51,915 nucleotides of DNA from a virus (IMGVR_UViG_3300006916_000006:1-51915), one strand, 5' to 3'; counted from the first letter of the stretch, positions 18,534-28,133 are shown. A program made the numbers and translations. The notes: generated by a model not told the origin, from the letters alone.

Positions 18534-18624
18534 GGCTGGGGGTCGAGGCACTCCTTTTGGTTCGGTTGCACATTCCTTAGAACCTCCCCTCAGTCGTCCC
18601 TGCGGTGTCAAAAGCCGCAGGGAC
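18534..18624 (+). ncRNA. candidate small antisense RNA: 13-bp stem with 34-nt anti-Shine-Dalgarno loop plus GC-rich 3' hairpin
   Basis: Stem 18534-18548/18583-18595; loop ACTCCTTTTGGTTCGGTTGCA; second hairpin GTCCCTGCGG/CCGCAGGGAC 18596-18624. Confidence 0.55.
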
Positions 18625-18657
18625 ACCCCTTCATTTACATTTAGCCGGAGCTGACGG

Positions 18658-20649
18658 ATGCAAGTTGACATCGACTTTGAGACACGTTCCCATGTGGATA
18701 TTAAGAAGTGCGGCGGCTGGCGATATGCAGAAGATAAAAGCACCGAAATCATCTGCTTATATTACACGATTGATGACAACCCCATAAAAGGTTGGCATCC
18801 ATTGCTGGGCGAACCTTTCCCACAAGATTTGCGCGACGCTGCGGAGAATAAGAACGCTATCTTTTACGCACACAATGCTTTCTTTGAGCGGTGCATCTGG
18901 CGGGAAAAGCTGACCAAAGGTTTAATCTATTTCATAGAAGACAGATTCACCCCTCTGACACTACCAGACATTCCACGCTCGCGCTGGATGTGTAGTGCCG
19001 CAGTCGCCTCCGCTCACGCACTGCCCCGTAAATTAGAAAAACTCTGTCAGGCGCTTAAAACCGCCGCCCAGAAGGACATGAGTGGCAACAGGACAATGTT
19101 AAAGATGTCCAAGCCGCGCAAGCCCACGAAGAATGATAAGTCGCTGTGGCACCATAAGCAGGAAGATTTTGAGAAGGTGTATCAATACTGCGCCGATGAC
19201 GTTGAAGCAGAACACGCATCTTTGCAGGAAGTAAACCCTCTGTCACCCAGAGAGCGCCTTGTGTGGGCAGTTGACCAATGTATCAATGACAGGGGTGTTC
19301 AGGTGGATGTTGAGCTTGCTGAGGCCGCTATGCGGATTCACAAGGCTATGATTAAACGCTACAACACAGAGATTGCAGAGCTAACCGGCGGTGAAGTAAC
19401 CGCAGTGTCTCAGGTGGCAAGATTACTGACGTGGTTTTCGGGGCAAGGCCTGACCGTCAACTCTGTGGACAAAGATGCGTTGGAAACCATCATTGCAAAC
19501 GAAGCATTGCCAGAAACCGTCCGGCGCGTGGCACAGTTGCGGCGTGAAGGAAGTAAGACTTCTGTTGGCAAATACGCCGCAGCATTGCGTGCCGCAGACA
19601 GACCTGGGCGGGTGCACGATTTGCATCTGTATCACGGGGCTGCAACCGGAAGATGGGCTGGCAAACTCGTGCAGACACAAAACCTACCTCGCGGCGTACT
19701 GGCTTCAGAAGAAGCGATGGAAGACGCAGTTGCCGCAATTAAAGCTGAAGACATTGATGCCATTCTTGAAATGGGGCAGGTGTCCACAATTCTCAGTTCA
19801 GCCATCAGGGGGATGTTTATTGCCGCTCCAGACCATGATTTATTTGTGGCTGACTACGCTGCCATTGAAGCCAGAGCCTTGATGTGGCTGGTGGGTGACG
19901 AAAACGCACTGACCATCTTCCGTTCAGGGCAGGACATCTACAAAGACATGGCGGCGACCATTTACAGCAAGAAAGCTGAGGATGTCACTAAAGACGAACG
20001 TCAGCTCGGCAAACAGGCCATTCTCGGCCTTGGCTACGGCATGGGTTGGGCGAAGTTCCTTGAGACTTGTGCCGGGTACGGCATGGATGTGACCGAAGAA
20101 CTGGCTAAGAAGGTTGTGGACGTATTCCGCAGCAAGTATTTCCGCGTGAAAGCATTTTGGTATGCGTGCGAAGAAGCTGCAATTAAAGCCGTTGAAACAG
20201 GTGTGCCGCAGACGGTTGGTTATGTTACTTACCGCGTCAAAGGTAAATTCCTTGAGTGCGTACTGCCCTCCGGTCGCCCGATTCGCTATTACAGGCCATC
20301 AGTGCGTCTGAAGGATACATCGTGGGGTGAAGAGAAAATGACACTTCATTTCTGGGGTACAGATAGCATGACGGGTCAGTGGGTTGAGCAAACGACATAC
20401 TCGGGGAAATTGGTCGAGAATCTTACCCAGGCAGTCGCCCGTGACTTACTCGCGGAAGCCTTAATTGCCGTTGAAACCAGCAAAAAATACCTTCCGGTTC
20501 TTCACGTCCATGACGAAGTTGTGGCTGAGTGCAAGAAAGGCGAAGGTGACGTGCGCGAGTTTGAAGCATTGATTTCTCAAGTACCCACGTGGGCTGAAGG
20601 ATTGCCACTAGAAGCGGAAGGTTGGGTTGGTAAACGATACCGAAAATAG
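18658..20649 (+). CDS. polA: DNA polymerase family A (APSE-like) with 3'-5' exonuclease
   Basis: DIDFETRS, AHNAFFER, ATGRWAG..QNLPR, ADYAAIEAR (motif A), RQLGKQAILGLGYGMG (motif B), LHVHDEVV (motif C). Confidence 0.96.
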   Translation: MQVDIDFETRSHVDIKKCGGWRYAEDKSTEIICLYYTIDDNPIKGWHPLLGEPFPQDLRDAAENKNAIFYAHNAFFERCIWREKLTKGLIYFIEDRFTPLTLPDIPRSRWMCSAAVASAHALPRKLEKLCQALKTAAQKDMSGNRTMLKMSKPRKPTKNDKSLWHHKQEDFEKVYQYCADDVEAEHASLQEVNPLSPRERLVWAVDQCINDRGVQVDVELAEAAMRIHKAMIKRYNTEIAELTGGEVTAVSQVARLLTWFSGQGLTVNSVDKDALETIIANEALPETVRRVAQLRREGSKTSVGKYAAALRAADRPGRVHDLHLYHGAATGRWAGKLVQTQNLPRGVLASEEAMEDAVAAIKAEDIDAILEMGQVSTILSSAIRGMFIAAPDHDLFVADYAAIEARALMWLVGDENALTIFRSGQDIYKDMAATIYSKKAEDVTKDERQLGKQAILGLGYGMGWAKFLETCAGYGMDVTEELAKKVVDVFRSKYFRVKAFWYACEEAAIKAVETGVPQTVGYVTYRVKGKFLECVLPSGRPIRYYRPSVRLKDTSWGEEKMTLHFWGTDSMTGQWVEQTTYSGKLVENLTQAVARDLLAEALIAVETSKKYLPVLHVHDEVVAECKKGEGDVREFEALISQVPTWAEGLPLEAEGWVGKRYRK

Positions 20650-20681
20650 TGCTTGCATAGATGAAATTGTTTCGTTATAAT
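20647..20681 (+). promoter_or_regulatory. sigma70-like promoter with operator; 33-bp identical copy at 36609-36641
   Basis: TTGCAT-N17-TATAAT; GAAATTGTTTC at 20663-20673. Confidence 0.85.
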
Positions 20682-20710
20682 GAAAAGGCAACGCGAACAA
20701 GGAGTTGAAT

Positions 20711-21133
20711 ATGAAAAGGGCAGATAGACTAATAGAGACCGGCGGCTGGGAGGCATTTGACAAAGACAGCGAATCTTGGCTGGCGATAGTAACGGACGAA
20801 CAAAACCCTCTGTGGCTGAAAGATAGTGAAGATGGCGTACCGTATTATGGATATTACGACGGAAGTCAACCTTCTCAAGGCTGGGTGTCCCTCACGAACA
20901 ACAAAAGCACAAACCCTAAGTTTTACCTGAGAGAAAAGACTCTCAAATTCATTGAGCGGCACATAAAATGGCAGAGCGATTTCATTGCAGCGCAAGGCGC
21001 TATCCTTGCCCATTTTCGGGAGCGGGTGCTTTGGTTGGCGGATGCGGCCAATAAGGATTTACCAGAACGCTGCCGCGAAGAAATAGGTGAGTTACTGGAC
21101 ACGTTAAATCAAATGGAGAACAGTAGGCGATGA
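20711..21133 (+). CDS. hypothetical protein
   Basis: AAGGAG RBS; N-terminus LIETGGW resembles LIENGGW of 37325..37708. Confidence 0.75.
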   Translation: MKRADRLIETGGWEAFDKDSESWLAIVTDEQNPLWLKDSEDGVPYYGYYDGSQPSQGWVSLTNNKSTNPKFYLREKTLKFIERHIKWQSDFIAAQGAILAHFRERVLWLADAANKDLPERCREEIGELLDTLNQMENSRR

Positions 21134-21378
21134 GTGAATCTTTATTGCAACATTTCAGAAAGAACAAAGGTCTGACAGAAGACGCAGTGTTTCCTTTTGG
21201 TAAATACAAGGGTGACAAAATTGGCGATGTCCTCGATGAAGACCCGTCTTATATCAGTTGGTGGGCAGAGAATGTCAAAGAACACCCTTTGCACAAAGAC
21301 ATTGTTATGGCCGCAGAACACGAAGCGCGTCTTCAGGATGAACCATTTAACTTTGATGACAGTTGGGGGTGTAGATAA
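21130..21378 (+). CDS. DUF3820 / ExoX C-terminal-like small protein
   Basis: FPFGKYKGDKIGDV..DPSYISW motif. Confidence 0.75.
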   Translation: MSESLLQHFRKNKGLTEDAVFPFGKYKGDKIGDVLDEDPSYISWWAENVKEHPLHKDIVMAAEHEARLQDEPFNFDDSWGCR

Positions 21379-21581
21379 TGCCTTTAGATAATAGCTTTGA
21401 TTGGTCAAAAGTGAAACCCGTGCAAAAAGCACCTGTGTCGCCCCCGCAGTCTCGACCACTGCTGAACCCGTCTAAAAAATCCTGTGTGGCAGACATATCT
21501 TTCTGGGTGTTTGTGATGCTGCCTTTGTTGGCGCTCATTGCTTTACTGACGTTCGATTTTCTTTACTGGTTGGTGTATTAG
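21378..21581 (+). CDS. small membrane protein
   Basis: C-terminal hydrophobic helix; TAATG coupling. Confidence 0.6.
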   Translation: MPLDNSFDWSKVKPVQKAPVSPPQSRPLLNPSKKSCVADISFWVFVMLPLLALIALLTFDFLYWLVY

Positions 21582-21582
21582 T

Positions 21583-22056
21583 ATGCCCGTCCTTGGAATT
21601 GACCCCGGCTCGTCTGGTTGTGCTGTTGTGCTGTCTGATGAAGGCGAACACTTGCAGCACTTTTATTTCAAGACCATGCAGAGTGGCAAGACAAAGCGGT
21701 TTGACATGATGAGTGCCAATTTTCATTTTGCTGCCTTGCAAGGCTATGACATCAAACGCTGCTTCGTTGAGAAGGTTGGCGCTATGCCTGGGCAGGGAGT
21801 GACATCCATGTTCAATTTTGGCTACGCCACAGGGTGCATTGAGGCTTTGGCTGTCACTTATGGCTTCCCATTCACACACATCACACCTGCAACATGGAAG
21901 AAAGAGTATGGCTTCACTGGTGCAGATAAAGACGCACCACGAGTTAAAGCCGCTTTGCGCTTCCCAAATGTGCCAGATATACATAAGAAAGCAAAAGGTC
22001 AGGCGTTGGCCGATGCAATCTTTATCGCGTATTCGGGAATGGGATGGAAATTCTAA
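21583..22056 (+). CDS. RuvC-like Holliday junction resolvase
   Basis: VLGIDPG, VEKVGAMPGQGVTSMFNFG, PATWKK, ADAIFIA. Confidence 0.9.
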   Translation: MPVLGIDPGSSGCAVVLSDEGEHLQHFYFKTMQSGKTKRFDMMSANFHFAALQGYDIKRCFVEKVGAMPGQGVTSMFNFGYATGCIEALAVTYGFPFTHITPATWKKEYGFTGADKDAPRVKAALRFPNVPDIHKKAKGQALADAIFIAYSGMGWKF

Positions 22057-22370
22057 GTCATATGGAGATTATGAAGATGGAATCAGAAGCCGAAGCACTG
22101 TTAGATGTTGCCTTACGAACAATCCGCGAACGGGGCAAAGAATACGGTTCAGCGATGCCCTTGTTCAATCAGGTGGCTGAACGCTGGTCGCTGACACTCA
22201 AAACCGATGTCACAGCCGCGCAGGTGGCACTGTGCATGATTGACATGAAAATTGCTCGAATCAACAACGGGTCAACAAAAATGGACAACGCGGTGGACAT
22301 TGCAGGGTATGCTGCATTGTTGGCCGAAGCCCAAACCAACCCTCAAGCAAAAGGAGATAGACATGACTGA
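22044..22370 (+). CDS. DUF6378-like protein
   Basis: ERGKEYG..F..VA..WS..VTAAQVALCMIDMKIAR..DNAVDIAGYAAL. Confidence 0.8.
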   Translation: MEILSHMEIMKMESEAEALLDVALRTIRERGKEYGSAMPLFNQVAERWSLTLKTDVTAAQVALCMIDMKIARINNGSTKMDNAVDIAGYAALLAEAQTNPQAKGDRHD

Positions 22371-22707
22371 GGAAGTAGTAATGATTGGTGGTAACGCGAT
22401 TGCACAGTTGCGTGCCTATATGGAAAAGATTGTGCGCCTTGAAGAGCAGAAAGCTGATATTTCTGCGGATATTCGTGACGTGTATGCAGAAGCGAAAGGC
22501 AACGGTTTTGATGCTAAAGCTATGCGTGTCTTAGCACGTAAGATTCTGAAAAACAGTTTTGAGGATGACGCAGAATTAGCAACAATGGTTGACTTCTACC
22601 GCGACAAAATTGAAGAAGCGGTGAAACAAGAACACGCCTATGAAGCCCGCTGCGCTGAGGGGGAGGGTGAATCCGCAGATCAGGATAGCAGTGAAATAAC
22701 CACTTGA
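22363..22707 (+). CDS. GapR-like (DUF2312) DNA-binding protein
   Basis: QLRAYMEKIVRLEEQKADISADIRDVYAEAKGNGFDAKAMR; AAGGAG RBS. Confidence 0.9.
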   Translation: MTEEVVMIGGNAIAQLRAYMEKIVRLEEQKADISADIRDVYAEAKGNGFDAKAMRVLARKILKNSFEDDAELATMVDFYRDKIEEAVKQEHAYEARCAEGEGESADQDSSEITT

Positions 22708-23816
22708 TCGGCACTATACCTTGCCATTGGGCAGATACCTTCGTATGCCCGTATTTTAACTTGGCAGTTATTATAACTTGTAAAGTCCCCCGCACTCTCT
22801 AAATCATTTGACAGAGCCGTGGGGGACGAAGTTAGATCAAAGACCCCACAGGTCAAGGGGTTCCCAGTATTGGTGTTTCCGCAAGCGTGGCCGGAACTCA
22901 GTAACCCGGCAAAAGCAAAAGCGCAGGGGATACCATTTAAGGCTACTATCGAGCCGTTTGACGGAGTGCCATCCAGTCCAGTCACTGGGCGATACCTGTT
23001 CGCGGCGGTGGAGTAGAGGACACCCGCAGATGTAGAACTCAGCTTCACCAGAGCTGGCCACTTACCCGTATCTGTGGACGCAGAGGTATCTACAGTGTGT
23101 TCAGTGCCGACGGTCACAGTGCCGGTTAAACCGGTTACAGGGCAAATTCGGACATTATTACTACTGTCGTTGAAGGATACCGCCGCGAGAGTTGAGCTGA
23201 GAACCACTATGTCGGCGCACATATCGGTATTTTGAAGGGAGGAACTAACTGTTTGCGCGGTGTTCACCGTGTTCGAAGTGCCGAGGGCGGTTACAGTGTT
23301 AATAAAGATGCTGGTCTCTGCGGCGTTTTTATAACTGATGAGAACACTGGTGTCTGTGATTTTTTCAATTCGAGCCTTACGAGCTGAGGGGAGAACGTTT
23401 GATCCACTGGCAACTTCGATCGCCGTACACGCTAGTGTCGCCCCAATACCGGTCACATATCCAACGTACAGTTTATCTGTCGCTGCATTGTCATAAAATA
23501 AAAACGCAGCGGTTGAGGTGGTGAGGGCAACAATGTCTGACAAACCAACTGCGGTGTACCCCGTCAATAGGTTGGCCGCATTGGTAAAATCGGCAGAGTA
23601 ATCCAGCGTGTAATCTGTGGATATGTCTTTTGCCAGGTAAAGAGAACCAATCGCAGTTCCCCCGTGACCCCCCACCCCAAAAACATATCCGTTTGGTAGA
23701 GGGCAGAGCATTGCCTGAGAATAGGTGGCGCTATTGACAATCTGAACCATGGGTGTGGCGGTGAATTTACGCCCACCGGAAGCACTAGATGCAGAATAAG
23801 TACGCGAGTAAGGCAT
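22680..23816 (-). CDS. putative tail fibre/receptor-binding protein (beta-rich, repeated blades)
   Basis: Last gene of the tail operon; repeated 'LSSTxAxVxY' units. Confidence 0.6.
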   Translation of the reverse strand: MPYSRTYSASSASGGRKFTATPMVQIVNSATYSQAMLCPLPNGYVFGVGGHGGTAIGSLYLAKDISTDYTLDYSADFTNAANLLTGYTAVGLSDIVALTTSTAAFLFYDNAATDKLYVGYVTGIGATLACTAIEVASGSNVLPSARKARIEKITDTSVLISYKNAAETSIFINTVTALGTSNTVNTAQTVSSSLQNTDMCADIVVLSSTLAAVSFNDSSNNVRICPVTGLTGTVTVGTEHTVDTSASTDTGKWPALVKLSSTSAGVLYSTAANRYRPVTGLDGTPSNGSIVALNGIPCAFAFAGLLSSGHACGNTNTGNPLTCGVFDLTSSPTALSNDLESAGDFTSYNNCQVKIRAYEGICPMARYSADQVVISLLS

Positions 23817-24832
23817 TACACGATGTCCTTCGTATGCTTGAGTTGCAAGAACAGGTTTGCCGCTGAAGACGTACTGCTAACAGTGATTGTCACGTCATCC
23901 CCAGCGGCCACTGTAGCGTCGCTGAAAGTGTTGTCGTTGCTACTGGTGGTAGAAACACTCAGACTCGCAGTCTCAACACCGTTAATTTTGAGAGAAACAC
24001 TACACGTCCCTGCGCTCACCTCACCAATAAAGTCTGTCAACGTGTGTGCATATTGTGCGTTGTAATACCACACATAATCTTGGTCGGCAGGAGTCTCAAT
24101 GAACAGATCATGATACTCTGTTACTGCTGTGATACTACTGATCGCCAGAGGGACAGCCATCGTAATGGTGTTTGCCCCTGCGTCGCACACAAAAGCGTTA
24201 TCTGTATCCACACTATTCCATTTCAGATCGTAGTCAAACCCGCCAAGGTTAAACTCAGCGCCGCTAACTGCGTATCTAATTCGCCCCGTACCATTGAGGC
24301 TATAAACCAGTCCCGCATCATAGTAGAGACCTGTGGTGGGATAGTTGGTAAACGCCAAAGACGGAGTGGAGCTTGCTCCATCCGCAAGGGTGCCAACAGA
24401 CCCGGTTGCTCCTGTTGCACCTTTTGCCCCGGCCAGTTGAATGTTCCACGCCGCAATTGTGCCAGATCCCGCAGTTTCAGTTACGTTGACAGTTAGTGTT
24501 GTGCCAGAACGTGCTGTAACCTGCCCATACATATAATTCGTTGTTGGCGCAGCTTGGTCAGCAATGGTCACAAACGAACCTGCTAGATATGGCACTTCTG
24601 ATGCCATTGTGAATACTTTACTGCCTGTACCAATCGCAATTGATGTTGTTGATGTTGTGGTGAGGCCATTGACAAAATCCGCCAAATAGTCATCCAGGAT
24701 GGCTACATACCGGGGCAACGATTTCCCGGTGCCAGAAGTGACGATAGTGCTGTATCTTTGTGATGGGTCGGAACCCGCACCTATCAAGTCATCAGTATCG
24801 TAAGTAGTGCCGTTCGGGGTAATGACAGTCAT
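23816..24832 (-). CDS. tail fibre protein
   Basis: TTSTTSIAIGTGSKVF..NYMYGQVT..AWNI..GAKGATGATG and 'DGASSTPSLAF..TGLY' fibre motifs. Confidence 0.75.
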   Translation of the reverse strand: MTVITPNGTTYDTDDLIGAGSDPSQRYSTIVTSGTGKSLPRYVAILDDYLADFVNGLTTTSTTSIAIGTGSKVFTMASEVPYLAGSFVTIADQAAPTTNYMYGQVTARSGTTLTVNVTETAGSGTIAAWNIQLAGAKGATGATGSVGTLADGASSTPSLAFTNYPTTGLYYDAGLVYSLNGTGRIRYAVSGAEFNLGGFDYDLKWNSVDTDNAFVCDAGANTITMAVPLAISSITAVTEYHDLFIETPADQDYVWYYNAQYAHTLTDFIGEVSAGTCSVSLKINGVETASLSVSTTSSNDNTFSDATVAAGDDVTITVSSTSSAANLFLQLKHTKDIV

Positions 24833-25968
24833 GCTATTCTCTCCACCAGTGAAAAGGCTTTGGTGTTGTTGTTAAAAAAGTTTGCGCTCAAAGAACTCAA
24901 ACCACTAAACCTTGCGGGGAATGACCGGCGCACCAGATATTCCACATCGTCTTTATCATAGACGAAATAAAGATTTCCATCAATGTCCACCTCCGCGTCA
25001 ATATCAAACAAGGTGCTGAAGGCTTCCTCATCATTCAGGAAGTCCAGATTGAAATCTACAAAACGCTGGCCTTTACGTTTTTCAAACACGTCTGCGCCCC
25101 CACGAGCGGATTCAGATGTTGTGTTCGATCTGCGCCCAAAAGTCACCCCATAGCTCATGTTATACCGAGGTTCAAAGGTGGGGGTGACATAAAGCCCCAT
25201 CAACTCAACATACCCATCCGTGTTTGCTGTGTCTGTGACGGTGATACGAATAAACTGACAACTCTGTGTCGTGTCAAGGATGTATAAATGCTGTTTCGGG
25301 AAATTGAACCGCGTGAAATCTTCGTCACTGTACTTACCCGTCCAGATACCGATTGACCCCCAGGAAAGCCCACCTCCGTCTAAAGGGTACACAAGGGGGT
25401 AGTAGTCTATTGTTCCGCTGTCAAAGAGTTCATTTGAGCCACTGTAGTCCCCAGTGTGGCAGGTAATCGCCGCCGCGTTAGCTGCGTTCGCCGCCAACCC
25501 CGCTGTTGCGCTGGAGACACGTTTAATGGTTAAGGTGATGGACGTACCTGTGCCGCCGGATGTAACCTGATAGGTCGTGTCATCTCCCGCAATGGTGAAA
25601 ATGTCCCCGGCAGTTATGGTGACGCTACTGGCCGCGGTAACATCGAGTGTCGTGTCTCCGGCAGTTTGCGCCCCATCAACAGTCACACCTGCCCATGCTC
25701 GCGTGGACGAGCCTTGGAACTGAATCTGTCCTGTGGTGGAGATGTTGCTGTCTGGGATGCCAATAAAGCCGACAGGTCGTGTTGCGCCGATGTCAATGTC
25801 CAACACAGTGCTGGCTGCATCAGCGTTGGTTGAGCGTGTTGTTTCTGTGAAGAACTCAGCGTTAAGGTTCTCCGGTGACAAAGTAGCCACCCACGAACCG
25901 CCGCCAAAACGCGGTGTTACCGTTGTCAGGTCAATATAGTTTGGCGCACAGAGTAACATTGAACCCAT
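24829..25968 (-). CDS. tail tip / distal-tail-like protein with internal insertion
   Basis: Position in the tail operon; TAATG coupling at 25968; DTANTDGYVELMGL..P..NMSYG. Confidence 0.65.
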   Translation of the reverse strand: MGSMLLCAPNYIDLTTVTPRFGGGSWVATLSPENLNAEFFTETTRSTNADAASTVLDIDIGATRPVGFIGIPDSNISTTGQIQFQGSSTRAWAGVTVDGAQTAGDTTLDVTAASSVTITAGDIFTIAGDDTTYQVTSGGTGTSITLTIKRVSSATAGLAANAANAAAITCHTGDYSGSNELFDSGTIDYYPLVYPLDGGGLSWGSIGIWTGKYSDEDFTRFNFPKQHLYILDTTQSCQFIRITVTDTANTDGYVELMGLYVTPTFEPRYNMSYGVTFGRRSNTTSESARGGADVFEKRKGQRFVDFNLDFLNDEEAFSTLFDIDAEVDIDGNLYFVYDKDDVEYLVRRSFPARFSGLSSLSANFFNNNTKAFSLVERIA

Positions 25969-28133
25969 TAGACGGCTACGCCTCCCCACGCTTGTAGTGT
26001 TACCAACGATGCACCCGCGCCACTTGACTCCGATGCAAACCGCAATCTCCGGCCAATAATCCGATAAATGCGGTCTTCTACTTGTATCACATCTCCGAGG
26101 GACAGCGCAAATCCGTACAAAACAGGTACTTCAATCTCAACCGTCAGGCGTATGACATCATAGAGGGTGAGTTCATATGAAGCCCGACTCGCGGCATCTG
26201 CGGAGTCAGCCAGTGCCGTTTCCAGTGTGCGCTCAAGTGAGTTGAGGTGTTTTGTCTGCGTACCTGCATCTGTTGCGGATTCAGTACGCCACTCTTCACT
26301 GACAAAAGGTATGTCGCCAAGGTTGGGCGCGTCCCCTGCGACACCATAAACATCAGCCTCGCGCATCAGGGTGTAGTTTTTCTGGTAGTGAACATTGGCA
26401 CGGTAGATAGGGATGCCGTTGCCCACATCAGAGGGTGACAGAATTTTAATCTTTGCGTCAGAACTTCCATCAATCAGTACGCGACTGTCAAAATTACGGG
26501 ACACTTCACCGGATGTTGGTACTTTGAAGCGCCCTACGCGATACGCACCGCCAATCGTATTCCACAGATACATTTTTGCCGATTCAAGTATGGGGGGCAA
26601 CACTCGCCCAACCTGAGCCTCTGTGTTATCCTGAAAATGGAACGTGGGTGAGTTGTCCTCTGCGTTGGCTGTGATGATGCAGAGAGGACATAATGTATAT
26701 CCCACACTCTTCATTATTTTCCACACATTACAGGCAACAGAGTGATTGTATGCAGCGGCAGAAGTCGTTGGGTTATACGGGCCGACTTCATATACACCGT
26801 CCTCCAGCATCGCACCGTAAAGGACAATAGACCCCGCAGCAGTTGCAGTACCATCTTGCGGGTAGAAGCGCAGTTGAGTGGAGGTGTTGTTTGCATCGAA
26901 CGTCATAGAGCAACGATACCAACCACCGCCCATTGCGGTCATTGTTGGATTCAGGAGGCCGGAAGACGTGACATTGTTTGTTACTGTTGTGGTTGTGCCA
27001 TCTGCGGTATCAAACTCGACTTCTGCCCTCACGCCGGAACCGGTGGCACGAATTGCCATTGTCTCCAACGTACCCGCCTTCAGGAACACCGAAACTGTGT
27101 AATACCTGCCAGAAACAGTCGTGACGTCCTGACGAATGTTTGCCCCACCTGTGGCCGTCTTTGTGATAGTGTGGGCGGCCTGAATATCATCGGGCGCAGT
27201 ACCCGCACCCGCAGAAGCAACAGAAACATGGTTCAACGTCCACGCTGCGTTTGTGAAGTCTTCACTATAGAGAAACAGGTTTTTCCAACCTTCAATAGCG
27301 TCAAACGTCACTGTCTTGTCTGGAGTTGTACCAAAGGCAACATAGCACCCACGCTCGTTGTCACCCTCATCGAAGGCGTAGCTGCCTAAGTAGTAATCAA
27401 ACGTCCCCGCCGTAACCGAACCGCCCGTAGCGGCTGTGACGAACGACGATAGCGTAGTATGTGCGGTTCCGGCGGTAATCGAGGCTCGACCCACGTACAT
27501 TGTTGGCACTTCGGCCACGGGGTCAGAAGATAGTTGGTATATCTCATTCGCCCTGTCAACAAGGATTGCAGGCATATTACCCGTTGACCCTTTACCCAAA
27601 AGTCTCGGTTTTGGCGAATCTCCAATATCATCGCCTGTGCCTTCGAGATAAATTGTACTTCCGTCATTTGTCCCCGCATATTTATGGGTTTGATAGGATT
27701 CTGTCAGCACCGTAAAGAAGGGACTGCGGATGTTAATCCGAATCTGCCTGTTTGAGAAATCAATCGACTGGATAATGGCGCGGAAACGCACAGGACTGTC
27801 GGCGGGGTCTTGTGAGTCAGAGGTGAGTTCTTTAATCAGCATCTCGCGTCCGTCTAACCCTCTATCCAGAAGATAGTCTAGCCTACGGGAAGCGTTATTG
27901 AGCAAGATGCTTCCGGCACTTGGCACAGTCATACCTGTGGTTTTACGGTCATCAAACAGATATTCTTCAATCGACCCAGCGTCCAACACCAACGGCAGGT
28001 ACACCTGATTGGCGGGGGTATGCGTACTGCGCGTAACATATCCCTCACCTGTAGCGAAATACTCACGGACAACACCCGCTGTTGTGTCATCGTAAGTGTC
28101 AAACTCAACCAAAAATTTACGGATTAAGGCCAT
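25968..28133 (-). CDS. tail tip/hub protein with inserted carbohydrate-binding-like domain
   Basis: Directly after the TMP; KPRLLG motif; NLFLYSEDFTNAAW..YTVSVFLKAG..GGGWYRCS..YGAMLE insert. Confidence 0.7.
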   Translation of the reverse strand: MALIRKFLVEFDTYDDTTAGVVREYFATGEGYVTRSTHTPANQVYLPLVLDAGSIEEYLFDDRKTTGMTVPSAGSILLNNASRRLDYLLDRGLDGREMLIKELTSDSQDPADSPVRFRAIIQSIDFSNRQIRINIRSPFFTVLTESYQTHKYAGTNDGSTIYLEGTGDDIGDSPKPRLLGKGSTGNMPAILVDRANEIYQLSSDPVAEVPTMYVGRASITAGTAHTTLSSFVTAATGGSVTAGTFDYYLGSYAFDEGDNERGCYVAFGTTPDKTVTFDAIEGWKNLFLYSEDFTNAAWTLNHVSVASAGAGTAPDDIQAAHTITKTATGGANIRQDVTTVSGRYYTVSVFLKAGTLETMAIRATGSGVRAEVEFDTADGTTTTVTNNVTSSGLLNPTMTAMGGGWYRCSMTFDANNTSTQLRFYPQDGTATAAGSIVLYGAMLEDGVYEVGPYNPTTSAAAYNHSVACNVWKIMKSVGYTLCPLCIITANAEDNSPTFHFQDNTEAQVGRVLPPILESAKMYLWNTIGGAYRVGRFKVPTSGEVSRNFDSRVLIDGSSDAKIKILSPSDVGNGIPIYRANVHYQKNYTLMREADVYGVAGDAPNLGDIPFVSEEWRTESATDAGTQTKHLNSLERTLETALADSADAASRASYELTLYDVIRLTVEIEVPVLYGFALSLGDVIQVEDRIYRIIGRRLRFASESSGAGASLVTLQAWGGVAV

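Noticed and set aside
22044-22370. DUF6378-like gene as evidence of a DNA base-modification pathway
   Set aside because: No accompanying purZ, queuosine-pathway, thymidylate-modifying, glycosyltransferase or methyltransferase genes were recognised.
22680-28133. Diversity-generating retroelement or invertible tail-fibre cassette
   Set aside because: No reverse transcriptase, invertase, or template/variable repeat pair was recognised.
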